NCBI GenBank assembly: GCA_037133435.1
Contig: JBAXOD010000002.1
Location: 23,545 to 87,544 of the forward strand
Reading direction: 5' to 3'
Length of the DNA stretch: 64,000 bases
DNA from: Candidatus Moraniibacteriota bacterium
GTDB taxonomy: Bacteria > Patescibacteriota > Minisyncoccia > Moranbacterales > UBA1568
The translations under genes and the position numbers were made by a program. A model generated the notes under the pieces. The model saw only the letters and a list, made by a program, of their open reading frames with translations, did not search any database and was not told the DNA's origin. Shown piece after piece: positions 45,927 to 55,142 of the stretch (within the stretch, counting starts at the first letter, position 1; every line of letters starts with the position of its first letter).

Positions 45927-48404
45927 TCAATTATTCTCTGGCACTCTATCTACCAAACCGAACCGATGATCTCTTCCCATTGACTTATGTGCCGATTCCG
46001 CTTCTTTTTTTAGGGCGACTGCAGCAAGGTTAGTTTTATCTACTTCAGCAGCCGCGAGCTCTATGATCTTATCAGTCGATTTATTTATTTTCGCTCCATC
46101 CTCAGCTAGTTTCGCAAGATTACTCACAGTTTTACTGGCTCCTCCATTCGCTAAAAGCATCGGCATAATGGCAGCCAAATTGTCCGGATTCTTACTGACT
46201 GCGTCGAGCGTCAAAGCATCGGCTTTCTTGTACACGGAATCTTGTACAGCTATATTGGTTTTGACACTATTATGGAATTCACCTTCTCGAGAGAAGTATG
46301 CCTGGTGTGCCGCAGTACGTTGCTTCTCGAGAATTTTCTTTTCTTGTGGCGAACCAGCGGCATCTATTTTCGCCTTAATATCCGGATCAAATTGCGCAAC
46401 AGCAGTATCAAGATTCTCGGAAATCTTCACCGACTTTTCCCCATCCTTACTCAGTTCGTCGAGGACAGTCTGATTGATCTTATTCGCAGTAAGACCGGCC
46501 GCAAGCACCTCTGAGGTCAATGCGTTCGCAGTCTGACTTTCGAACTTAACCCTGCCACTCTTGAGCACCTTTGTCATTTCTTTGACATCAGTACCGTACG
46601 CCGCCTTTAGGTTCACCTCGGCAACATTCGCCCTCGTCTCCTTCACGACAGCATTGTCCATACCGCCGCGATCCTTGAAGTGATCCTCGACTAACTTCAT
46701 ATCGGCATTCTCCATCTTGCCCTGCAGTTCGGGACGTTTCCGCATCTCATCCAATACCGCCGTCATATGAAGGCCGTCTTTTCTGCTCTTCGCTTCGGCA
46801 TGCTGCTTCTCAAGCTCTGAAATCGACGTATTGGAATTGATAGCCCTTCGTTTCGCCTCTTCCTTTACGAGTTCCTGTTCACGCGTAAGCGCGCCCGTAG
46901 CGGCCATTTTCCTGCCCGCCTCGGTTCTGAATCTTGACTGCGCCGCGTTCCTCTCGGAAACCAAGTTGCGATGCTGGCCGAACCGCGTCCCGACATTGTT
47001 CCTACTGAATCGGTCATCCTTGAGTTTCTTCCTCTCGCTCCGATAGGCATCCACGCGCTTCTTGCCAGCTGTGATACCGGTCACGAATTTCATCGCTCCC
47101 ATCGCATATTTCTTCACCGCATCCGCTCCATAAATACCCATCATGTTTCCGACACTCATCGCCGCCCATATCATGATAACAGGGATGATTGTTATCACCA
47201 TCGAGGTAATAAGGGATGTATTGTCCGCTGATGTCCTGATTCCGGAAGTTATCGTCGTAATTGTCGTAGCAGCCGAACCATTCTTAAAGTTCTTCAGAAA
47301 CGTAACAGCTACAAGGATCATGAGCATTGCGGCTGGACCAAAAAACGCATATTTCATGAAATAGTCCCACCATTGTTTAGAAAATCTCTCCAATCCGGGG
47401 ATGGCGGACGCCGCAAATCCAATCGGCGAAAATATCACCAAAAGCAAAAGGGCCACCAAACGGACCAGAAACAATGCGGCGAGCATCAATAGTGACGCAG
47501 CCAATAGAAAAGTGAACACGATTGCCTGAATAAGAAACCCGGTCGTTTTCCCCTCCCAAAGAGATGATTTTGCCGTCGATGGCAAGAGAAATTTCGAATA
47601 CCCGCTATTCCCCATCAGTTGTTCGAAGATATTAGTAGCACTCTGATTGCTTGGCCCCAAAATACTGTCGATGAAAAAGTACATCGGCACATTCGTCGCG
47701 TCCACGATAAATCGGGACACCGGGAAACTGAAGTTCACTAAGAGAGCCATCAAGACGAGCTGTAAGAGCCATTTTCTATAATTGTATGCCTGAATCTGAA
47801 ATATCGTCCCGAATGCAACGAACAAAAGCGTCAGTATGAAGAACAGGTTGAAAAAATCCCGAACCATTCCCCACATCGTATAGGTGGCCGACATATTGAA
47901 CAGTTCCAGCCATACTTTCGCATCCACCGCCCACGCGAAAATTACCGCGGCGAGACCATAGAGCAGGCTGATAAAGGCAAGGACCGCATATAAAATGATG
48001 TTCAAAGCGCCCAGAAAAATATTTGCTGACAAATTCCCAACCGCTGAAGCAGCCTCTGCCAACGGTTTCACGGAGAGTGTTTCCGCCGCGTTTATAACAG
48101 GATCCGTAGAAAGAGCCGCAGCAAACAAACCAAGCGGCGCAGTATCGTACGTATAGTTCGCGTAATTCTTGCTCTTACAATACGCCCGGCAAGCCTCACC
48201 GCTCGCTGTCGGTGCCGCCGGAGGACTGATTGTTTCTTGAACTGGATGAAGTACCGCGCCACTGCGGCAAAAGCATGATTCTCCGGCTGCATGTGCTGTT
48301 TTTGCAAACGAGAAAAATATCGCGCCGGAAAACACAAAACTCACCAAAAAAATGGCTGAGGATACCGAAAAAGAAATGTTCTTGATTTTTTTCACAACAG
48401 GCAA
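45927..48404 (-). CDS. VirB6/TrbL-like polytopic membrane protein with long soluble C-terminus
   Basis: W.MVRD..N.FFI..LL, ALLVNFS, R...L.LL..FSP, WW and FF.P motifs; upstream of prgI/virB4; start uncertain. Confidence 0.7.
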   Translation of the reverse strand: MPVVKKIKNISFSVSSAIFLVSFVFSGAIFFSFAKTAHAAGESCFCRSGAVLHPVQETISPPAAPTASGEACRAYCKSKNYANYTYDTAPLGLFAAALSTDPVINAAETLSVKPLAEAASAVGNLSANIFLGALNIILYAVLAFISLLYGLAAVIFAWAVDAKVWLELFNMSATYTMWGMVRDFFNLFFILTLLFVAFGTIFQIQAYNYRKWLLQLVLMALLVNFSFPVSRFIVDATNVPMYFFIDSILGPSNQSATNIFEQLMGNSGYSKFLLPSTAKSSLWEGKTTGFLIQAIVFTFLLAASLLMLAALFLVRLVALLLLVIFSPIGFAASAIPGLERFSKQWWDYFMKYAFFGPAAMLMILVAVTFLKNFKNGSAATTITTITSGIRTSADNTSLITSMVITIIPVIMIWAAMSVGNMMGIYGADAVKKYAMGAMKFVTGITAGKKRVDAYRSERKKLKDDRFSRNNVGTRFGQHRNLVSERNAAQSRFRTEAGRKMAATGALTREQELVKEEAKRRAINSNTSISELEKQHAEAKSRKDGLHMTAVLDEMRKRPELQGKMENADMKLVEDHFKDRGGMDNAVVKETRANVAEVNLKAAYGTDVKEMTKVLKSGRVKFESQTANALTSEVLAAGLTANKINQTVLDELSKDGEKSVKISENLDTAVAQFDPDIKAKIDAAGSPQEKKILEKQRTAAHQAYFSREGEFHNSVKTNIAVQDSVYKKADALTLDAVSKNPDNLAAIMPMLLANGGASKTVSNLAKLAEDGAKINKSTDKIIELAAAEVDKTNLAAVALKKEAESAHKSMGRDHRFGLVDRVPENN

Positions 48405-48701
48405 ATCCTGAAGTCGAAATATTTGAAACCGGGCGCAACAATACGCGACATGATTATACTATAATTTTTGGAAAGAGAGAAACAGCAATAAGCAAGAGAA
48501 CATCTCACAAGTACGCCACAAGAGGACTGTCAATATTGAAACAAAAATTGAACCAGACTCTAAATTGTAGATATTGGAAATCTTTCCAACAAAACTAAAA
48601 TTATTGACCATGATAAGCAAAGCAACTTAAAAATAATGCGAATAAACAAAAAAAGAGAGGCCAATTGGTCTCTCTTGGAATTGATACCGTTGTCACAATA
48701 C

Positions 48702-49277
48702 CTATTGAGGCCGCGCATATGCCAAAATAGTATTATCAAAATAGTATTTCCGTTCCCACTCTTCCTCGACCGGACCATAATCCGTCCCATTTTCACTAAA
48801 TCGAGAAGAACTTCCATCACCGTAAAAAACAATTATCTCTGCTTTTAATTCGACTGGTATCACCAACTGCTCAATAGTATTATTTGTGATTCGGGCAACG
48901 TACCCGTATTTCACTTTCTCTACGCTCGCCCCAGTTGCCTTATGAAGTATATCGCCGATACTTGGATCAGGATTGACGTTATCGTCAGAAAGATATGAGA
49001 CAAGTAATGTGTTTCCGAACAGTTTGTGCGACAACTCAATATATTTCACCCCTCCGGTCAATTTGTTGTTCTTCCCTAAATGAAGCCTTTGTCCAGGAGG
49101 CGCACCACCAGATGAAACCAAAGTCTCTCCCCCCTGGCTCATTCCTGCCGAAACGATTGGCTGCGTGCCGTCATTTGCAGCACTGTTTCCATTGTTTTTA
49201 TTACTACTGCAAGCGCAGAGACCGACTATGCCCAAAAAAAAGGCAACTTGTACTAAATATACTAAAGATTTCTTCAT
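48702..49277 (-). CDS. Hypothetical lipoprotein (AT-rich)
   Basis: AGGAGG RBS, MKK plus hydrophobic core plus LCAC lipobox. Confidence 0.7.
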   Translation of the reverse strand: MKKSLVYLVQVAFFLGIVGLCACSSNKNNGNSAANDGTQPIVSAGMSQGGETLVSSGGAPPGQRLHLGKNNKLTGGVKYIELSHKLFGNTLLVSYLSDDNVNPDPSIGDILHKATGASVEKVKYGYVARITNNTIEQLVIPVELKAEIIVFYGDGSSSRFSENGTDYGPVEEEWERKYYFDNTILAYARPQ

Positions 49278-49559
49278 TTTACCCTCCTAAAAGGTTGTCG
49301 GGCCGAAAATGAACCCAGTTAAAAGATAACTGCATTATTTTTTTATAGATTTTCTTCCTGCTTCTGTTGTCAAAGGCGGAAGCACCTCCCGCCGGACTTT
49401 TGTCCATTGACCAAGAACAAATTCTCGGCATCAGACACCTCCCTTATACCATGTATTTTCAGACGAGTCAAGAGTCACGAAAATAAATTCTCACTTTTCC
49501 CTTATAAAAGCCACAAACGAAACATTTTCCCGATCAAATTTTCGGCCCGTAAGGTCATT

Positions 49560-49890
49560 TCGCGGGCTCAGGACTGCGCCCAGCACCGTACGGTACTGAG
49601 TCGTACCTCGTACCAGACGGTACGGGGTTGTACTCTAAACCTTTTCGCAGGTTCAGGGTTATACCCTGAACCACATCGTTTACGGCCGATGATGTGATTT
49701 CGACTTGTCAAACTATACCCTGCCGAGGCTAAGTCTTGGCAAACCAGCCTCCGCTCTAGCTTCGGCTTGGCAAGCCAGACTCCGCTCTAGCTTCGGCCTG
49801 GAAGGGAGAAAGAATGTTTCGAAGCAGGGTGCAACCCTGCTCCTGCAATAAAATTACATCTGATACGCGATAGCGTAGCAAATGTAACTT
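49560..49890. repeat. Cluster of several small palindromic repeat families
   Basis: CAGCACCGTACGGTACTG, CCTCGTACCAGACGGTACGGGG, the GGTTCAGGG..CCCTGAACC unit, tandem 31-bp CTCCGCTCTAGCTTCGGC units, TTACAT..TACGC..GCGTA..ATGTAA. Confidence 0.7.
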
Positions 49891-49940
49891 TTCGAAAATA
49901 TCTCAAATTTGATAATACTGCTACAGGTTGCCAATCCATC

Positions 49941-50190
49941 CCCGTTCCCCTTTCAAAATTCGAAATTCAAAATTGCCCTGACCTCGTCCCCAACCCGTTA
50001 ACTCGTTAACCCGTGAACCGAATAACATCCCCTCCCGTTCCCCTTTCAAAATTCGAAATTCAAAATTCAAAATTGCTTTGACCTCGTTCCCAACACGTTA
50101 ACTCGTTAACCCGTGAACCGAATAACATCCCCTCCCGTTCCCGTTGTAAGTTGTTAGGAGTAAGTTGTGAGTGGTAAGTTGTCAGTCTGT
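49941..50190 (+). repeat. Tandem 93/100-bp duplication built from 7- and 8-mer repeats, followed by a heptamer tract
   Basis: Units start at 49941, 50034 and 50134 and differ by one TTCAAAA. Confidence 0.85.
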
Positions 50191-50193
50191 CCC

Positions 50194-51150
50194 TCATTTC
50201 TTCCGTTTCTTCGCATGAAATTCCTCATGAATCTCGCGGAGCCGTTCGTTCGTCACATGGGTATACACCTGGGTAGTGGTAATGGAAGAATGGCCCAGCA
50301 TCGCCTGCACGGAACGGATGTCCGCCCCGTTTTGCAACAGATCGGTCGCGAAGGAGTGCCTCAGCGTGTGTGGATGGACATCCTTGACGATGCCGGCCTT
50401 GGCGGCGTATTTCTTCACCAATCGCTGTATACTCCGTTCGGTAAGCCGCATTCCGGCGTGTCCCTGCCGTTCCTTGGGCGCGCGTTTCGACTTGGGGATG
50501 GCGATAAAGAGCGCCTTGTCCATATCGCTTCGCTTTTCCAAATATCGCATAAGCGAATCTCGTGCGTCATCGGAGAGGAACACTACGCGGAGCTTGGATC
50601 CCTTGCCGCGCACGCTGAATTCACCCTTTTTCAGGTTCACCGAATCGCGATCAAGCGAAGTGAGCTCGGAAACGCGCAATCCTGCGGAAAACAGCAGTTC
50701 GAGGATCGCCCGGTCACGCAGAGCGCGAAGCGACCCGCCCGAAGCGGCAGCAAGGAGCCGTTCCACCTCGTCGAGCTCGAGAAACCCTACCTCGCGCGTC
50801 GGCGCCTTGCCGACCGCGATCTTCTCGGCCGGTACGGTATATTCGTCTTCGCGGGCCAGGTACTTGAGAAACGAACGAAGCACCACGATATGATATGTCT
50901 GGGTCGACTTACGGAGCGTTTCGCCACGCTCGTTGGTGACACGATTAAGCGAGAGACGGTATTCCCGGACACGTTCTGCCGTGATATCCGCCGGACTCTT
51001 GATGCCGCTCATTTCGAAAAACTTCCACAACGAACGCGTATAACTCTCAAGCGTCCGCGGAGAACGGTTCAGCTCTATCTCGAGATGTTCGAGAAACCGC
51101 TTCGCGAGCGCTTCGATCCGAGTCTCTGATTTCGGTGTCCCTGCATTCAT
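50194..51150 (-). CDS. XerC/XerD-family tyrosine recombinase
   Basis: RDRAILELLFSAGLRVSEL, VRGKGSK.R, HPHTLRHSFAT, VQAMLGH, TTQVYTHV; start 51150 or 51156. Confidence 0.93.
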   Translation of the reverse strand: MNAGTPKSETRIEALAKRFLEHLEIELNRSPRTLESYTRSLWKFFEMSGIKSPADITAERVREYRLSLNRVTNERGETLRKSTQTYHIVVLRSFLKYLAREDEYTVPAEKIAVGKAPTREVGFLELDEVERLLAAASGGSLRALRDRAILELLFSAGLRVSELTSLDRDSVNLKKGEFSVRGKGSKLRVVFLSDDARDSLMRYLEKRSDMDKALFIAIPKSKRAPKERQGHAGMRLTERSIQRLVKKYAAKAGIVKDVHPHTLRHSFATDLLQNGADIRSVQAMLGHSSITTTQVYTHVTNERLREIHEEFHAKKRKK

Positions 51151-51545
51151 ATCCATTAAGTATACATGAAAAGTCACTTGTAAGGTGCGAGAAGTCGGTT
51201 CCCCATCCCCGCTCCCCGCTCCCTTCCTGCTCCACTGCCTGAGGGGAGCTCCCGTGGTTTTGCACGGGTGAGGGGTGGGAGAAGTTGCCCATCCTTATCC
51301 CCGCTCCTCACTTCTCACTCCTCATTCCTGTCCCCACTCCCCGCTCCCGTTCCCGTCCCCATTTCAAAATTCGAAATTCAAAATTCAAAATTGCTGAGAC
51401 CCTGTTCCTTATTATCTGCTCAGTGTTAACTGAAGTTATCCCTTATTCAAGGGTAAAGCTACCTATTTCACCATCAATTTTCGTTGACATTGCCCCCCTG
51501 CGGAAGCTATACTCGATTCCATATAACACCTTAGGGCGCCGGCGT

Positions 51546-52823
51546 ATGATGCGGACTCCCTTTCGAGCGAAAGGAGCCCATCTACCGCCCCGCCTCGTAG
51601 AAGGGAACGCCCGTATAGCATTCTTCTCCCGCATCCATAAAGGTTGGGCGCGAATCCGCGAATATGTCGCGGCGCGTTATGCGATAACCGAAACGTTCAT
51701 CCATCACGTCCAAAGCGAATGGTTCGCCGTCCTTCGCAACGGATTCGGCAAGAAGATCGCGGAAGTGTTCCGTTCATATGGATCATTTTCCCTCGTCATA
51801 ACGAGCGCCCTTCTGGTCTCGATGACGAATCTCACGCAGGAACAGGGATCCAAGAGCGCGATACTCGGCAGTTTCCGTGTTTCCATGGCACAAGATGCCG
51901 AACAACCGAGGATACGGGTCACCTCGGAACAACCGGCTAAAACGGGACTTTCCCAGGTTCCGCTCGAAAAATCATTTTCCGGCATAGATACGACGGCGCA
52001 GACCGAGGAAACGACATCCGCCGTCTTCCAAAGCGGCGCACTCCTTTCCGCACAGACCGAAAGCTCCATCGCTCGCGATCCGGAAGAGGAAGGCGGCGTC
52101 ACGATCTACACTGTCAAAGAAGGCGACACCATTTCCGGCATCGCGGCGGCCCACAACATCACCGTCAATACCATCCTCTGGGCGAACGACCTCGAGAACG
52201 TGGACGCGATCAAGCCTGGCGACGACATCTTCATCCTGCCGGTCGCCGGACTCTCTCATGTGATCGCAACAGGCGAAACGCTCGATTCCATCGCGGACAA
52301 ATACAAGGCCGACCGCAGCGCCATCATCGCGTTCAACGGGCTTCCCGCCAACGGCGAAATCACCGTCGGGGACACGGTCGTCATCCCGGGAGGTTCCAAG
52401 GAATTACCGAAGCCGCCGGAAGTCGTCGGGCTCCGCCAATACGCATCCTCGACGAGCGCCGGGTCCGTGACGGACATTTCCGGCGGATATCGCAAACTCG
52501 ACGGCAGGGCCGGCGCCGGGCATCGGTTCCCGTTCGGATACTGTACCTGGTACGTCGCGCAGAAACGGTACGTACCGTGGGGCGGCAACGCGGGAGCCTG
52601 GCTCTACAATGCGCGCTCGCAGGGATACCAGACCGGCAAGAGCCCGTCCGCGGGAGCGATCGTCGTGACGACCGACAGCGCCTACTACGGCCATGTGGCG
52701 CTCGTTGAGAGCGTATCCGGCGGGTCGATCACCGTATCGGAAATGAACTTCAACGCGTGGGGCAAGGTGGACCGCCGTGTCATACCCGCGTCGAGCCGTT
52801 CCATCAAGGGATACATCTACTAG
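51546..52823 (+). CDS. LysM-LysM-CHAP peptidoglycan hydrolase
   Basis: YTVKEGDTIS.IA..TILWAN, second LysM, GYCTWYV, GNAGAW, YGHVALVE, VSEMN; start uncertain. Confidence 0.9.
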   Translation: MMRTPFRAKGAHLPPRLVEGNARIAFFSRIHKGWARIREYVAARYAITETFIHHVQSEWFAVLRNGFGKKIAEVFRSYGSFSLVITSALLVSMTNLTQEQGSKSAILGSFRVSMAQDAEQPRIRVTSEQPAKTGLSQVPLEKSFSGIDTTAQTEETTSAVFQSGALLSAQTESSIARDPEEEGGVTIYTVKEGDTISGIAAAHNITVNTILWANDLENVDAIKPGDDIFILPVAGLSHVIATGETLDSIADKYKADRSAIIAFNGLPANGEITVGDTVVIPGGSKELPKPPEVVGLRQYASSTSAGSVTDISGGYRKLDGRAGAGHRFPFGYCTWYVAQKRYVPWGGNAGAWLYNARSQGYQTGKSPSAGAIVVTTDSAYYGHVALVESVSGGSITVSEMNFNAWGKVDRRVIPASSRSIKGYIY

Positions 52824-52824
52824 C

Positions 52825-53715
52825 ATGAAAAAAAGGGTCGCCGTCATCATCGGTCGGTTCCAGGTGCCCACGCTCCACGAGGGGCACCGGCATATCATCG
52901 ATTTCGCCCGCTCACATGCCGACGCGCTCCTGATCCTCATCGGCACGACGGCGGCACTCCCGTCGGCACGCAATCCCCTTCCCTATGCCGTCCGTGAGCA
53001 CATCGTCGCCGAAGCATATCCGGATGCGGTGATCCTGGAAACGAAAGATCATCCGTCCAACCGTATCTGGTCCGAAGACATCGATCACATCGTCGCCGAA
53101 CGCTTCCCCGATCACGAAGCGACGCTCTACGGTTCGCGCGACAGTTTCATCCCCTATTACGAAGGTGCGCTTCCGTGCGTCTTCGTCCCACCCGCGGACG
53201 CCCCCTCGGGCACGGAAATCCGAAACGCGCTCGACCCGCTTCATGATGACCCGATATTCCGATCGGGCATGATTCACGCGCAGACGCTCCGTCCACCGCT
53301 CTCCTACCAGGTCGTCGATATCGCCGTCATACGGAAAGAAGACGCTTCCGTCTTGCTCGGTATGAAACGTTCGGCCGAAGGAAAACGATGTTTCATCGGT
53401 GGATTCGTCGACCCGCAAGATGAGGATCTCGAATCGACGGCCCTGCGGGAACTGCGCGAGGAAGCCGGCCCGGTTCTCTGCGGTGATCTTCGCTATGTCG
53501 GTTCGTTCCGGATTCCCGACCACCGCTATCGCGACGGCGACGACAAGGTCATGACCGCGCTTTTCGTAGCCGAATATCACGGAGGCGAACCCGTCGCAGG
53601 AGACGATCTTGATGAGGTAGAATGGATCAATCTGGTCGATCTCGAGTCAGTCCTCGTCGCAGGCCATCTGCCGCTCGCGAAGCGGCTGCTCTCATATCTG
53701 GAGTCCGAACGATAG
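52825..53715 (+). CDS. nadM: Bifunctional NMN adenylyltransferase / Nudix hydrolase (paralog 1)
   Basis: IGRFQ...LHEGH, RNPL, YGSRDSF, SGTEIR; Nudix box GGFVD...ALRELREEAG. Confidence 0.85.
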   Translation: MKKRVAVIIGRFQVPTLHEGHRHIIDFARSHADALLILIGTTAALPSARNPLPYAVREHIVAEAYPDAVILETKDHPSNRIWSEDIDHIVAERFPDHEATLYGSRDSFIPYYEGALPCVFVPPADAPSGTEIRNALDPLHDDPIFRSGMIHAQTLRPPLSYQVVDIAVIRKEDASVLLGMKRSAEGKRCFIGGFVDPQDEDLESTALRELREEAGPVLCGDLRYVGSFRIPDHRYRDGDDKVMTALFVAEYHGGEPVAGDDLDEVEWINLVDLESVLVAGHLPLAKRLLSYLESER

Positions 53716-53738
53716 TCTGGCAATACGATATCACCCAC

Positions 53739-53765
53739 AAAAAAACCGCTTCATGCGGTTTTTTT
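53739..53765. terminator. Bidirectional terminator
   Basis: A7-CCGC-TTCAT-GCGG-T7. Confidence 0.75.
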
Positions 53766-53954
53766 GCAATCATTATTTTCAAAAGTTGCGAGTGAGTGCC
53801 CCGTACTTTCTTCCTGTTCCCCTGCCAGAGGAGGATTATCTGACAACAAGGAAAATGATCCGTTGAGTCTTCGAAACTGAAGGTTGGGAGAAATTCCCCG
53901 CATCCTTGACTTGCCACGGCCTCCGCGGCTTCGCAAAGACCGAAGGTATCACGC

Positions 53955-54100
53955 TCCCGTTCCCTGCTATCTGCTCAATGTTATCTGCTCCCTGATCCCT
54001 GACTCATGTTCCCTGTCTCATGTTATCTGTTCTCTGTTGTCAGTAGTTAGTTGTAAGTTGTCAGTGGTTAGTTGTCAGTTATAGGTTATCAGTCGTCAAT
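53955..54100 (+). repeat. Long degenerate heptamer tandem tract
   Basis: About 20 units such as CCTGCTA/TCTGCTC/TCTGTTC, then TCAGTAG TTAGTTG TAAGTTG TCAGTGG. Confidence 0.8.
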
Positions 54101-54104
54101 TCTT

Positions 54105-54785
54105 CTACAACACCTCCACGGTCTTCGGTTTGCGCGCCGTGAAAGAATACAGCCGCGCCGGGCGACTCTGTCCCGACTGGCGGACTTTCCCTGTTTCTTT
54201 GACAAGTTCGATATCCAAGATCTTCTTGCGAAAATTCCGCTTGTCGAGCTCGTGCCCGAGAATGATCTCGTAGACGGTCTGCAGTTCGGTCAGGGTGAAT
54301 TCCTTGGGCAGGAGTCCGTACGCGATATTGGAATATCCGATTTTGCTTCTGAGCCGATCGACGCCGACTGAGACGATCTTCGCGTGATCGAACGCCATCT
54401 TCGGCAAATGCGCCGTATCGTGCCAGGCGATATCGGAATAATATTCGATGGTCGAGGGAAGGCACCGGTCGCTGTTCACGAGCGCGAAATATGCCGTCGA
54501 GACACTCCGCCCACGAACATCACGATCCACACCTCCAAACGTGAATAACTGTTCCAGATAAATATCATCGACACCGGCCTTTTCCGAAAGGATTCGTTCC
54601 GCGGCCTGATCGAGGGATTCATCCATACGGACCAATCCGCCGGGCAACGCCCATTTCCCTTCGTAGGGACCGCTGCCGATCCGGATAAGCAACACCCTGA
54701 GCGCTCCGTCGATGACGGAAAAAATGGCGGTGTCGACCGCGATCAGTATCGACTGGCCGAGTGGCGGCGTGACATTTTTTTTCAT
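54105..54785 (-). CDS. nrtR: NrtR Nudix-wHTH transcriptional regulator
   Basis: WALPGG, LEQLFTFG...RD.RGR.VS.AY, AFDH, FTLTEL..YE.ILG..LDKRNFRKK, RPA.LY. Confidence 0.92.
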   Translation of the reverse strand: MKKNVTPPLGQSILIAVDTAIFSVIDGALRVLLIRIGSGPYEGKWALPGGLVRMDESLDQAAERILSEKAGVDDIYLEQLFTFGGVDRDVRGRSVSTAYFALVNSDRCLPSTIEYYSDIAWHDTAHLPKMAFDHAKIVSVGVDRLRSKIGYSNIAYGLLPKEFTLTELQTVYEIILGHELDKRNFRKKILDIELVKETGKVRQSGQSRPARLYSFTARKPKTVEVL

Positions 54786-54893
54786 ATGGGTAGCGTAAAA
54801 AGAAGAAGTGTACCGCCTACAGCATACCCCGACACTCGAACCGAGGTCAATCAGGCGACGCAATCCTTCTCAACACCTCCCTGCTCACGGCAT

Positions 54894-54928
54894 TTGACAC
54901 AATTTTGTTAGTGTGTATAATACACTTA
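54894..54928 (+). promoter_or_regulatory. Consensus promoter overlapped by NrtR box 1
   Basis: TTGACA(54894-54899)-16-TATAAT(54916-54921); 21-bp palindrome TTAGTGTGTATAATACACTTA (54908-54928) with GT-N7-AC core. Confidence 0.8.
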
Positions 54929-55082
54929 GTTGGTTCACAGGAAGGACGCGCGCGAGAATCGGCGCGGGACGGTCGTACGGCAACCGACGGGACCCATTTC
55001 AGTTCCCGGCTTCGCTGCCAACGATGACCGTCCCGCCCGCATTCTCCCGCCGGTGCCTCGGCATCGGTATGCTTGTCCTTAC

Positions 55083-55103
55083 TTAGTGTATATAAAACAC
55101 GAT
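55083..55103 (+). promoter_or_regulatory. NrtR box 2
   Basis: TTAGTGTATATAAAACACGAT; GT-N7-AC core similar to box 1. Confidence 0.7.
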
Positions 55104-55142
55104 GTGTACGTTCACAATCAACCAAAAAAACAGGAGACCGTT

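Noticed and set aside
50194-51150. Prophage or integron integrase
   Set aside because: Chromosomal XerC/D-type motifs, no IntI-specific insertion evident, no phage genes or attC array nearby
54930-55142. N-terminal extension of nadM paralog 2
   Set aside because: Paralog 1 aligns from MKR at 55143, which has an RBS; the extension overlaps the structured leader and NrtR box 2
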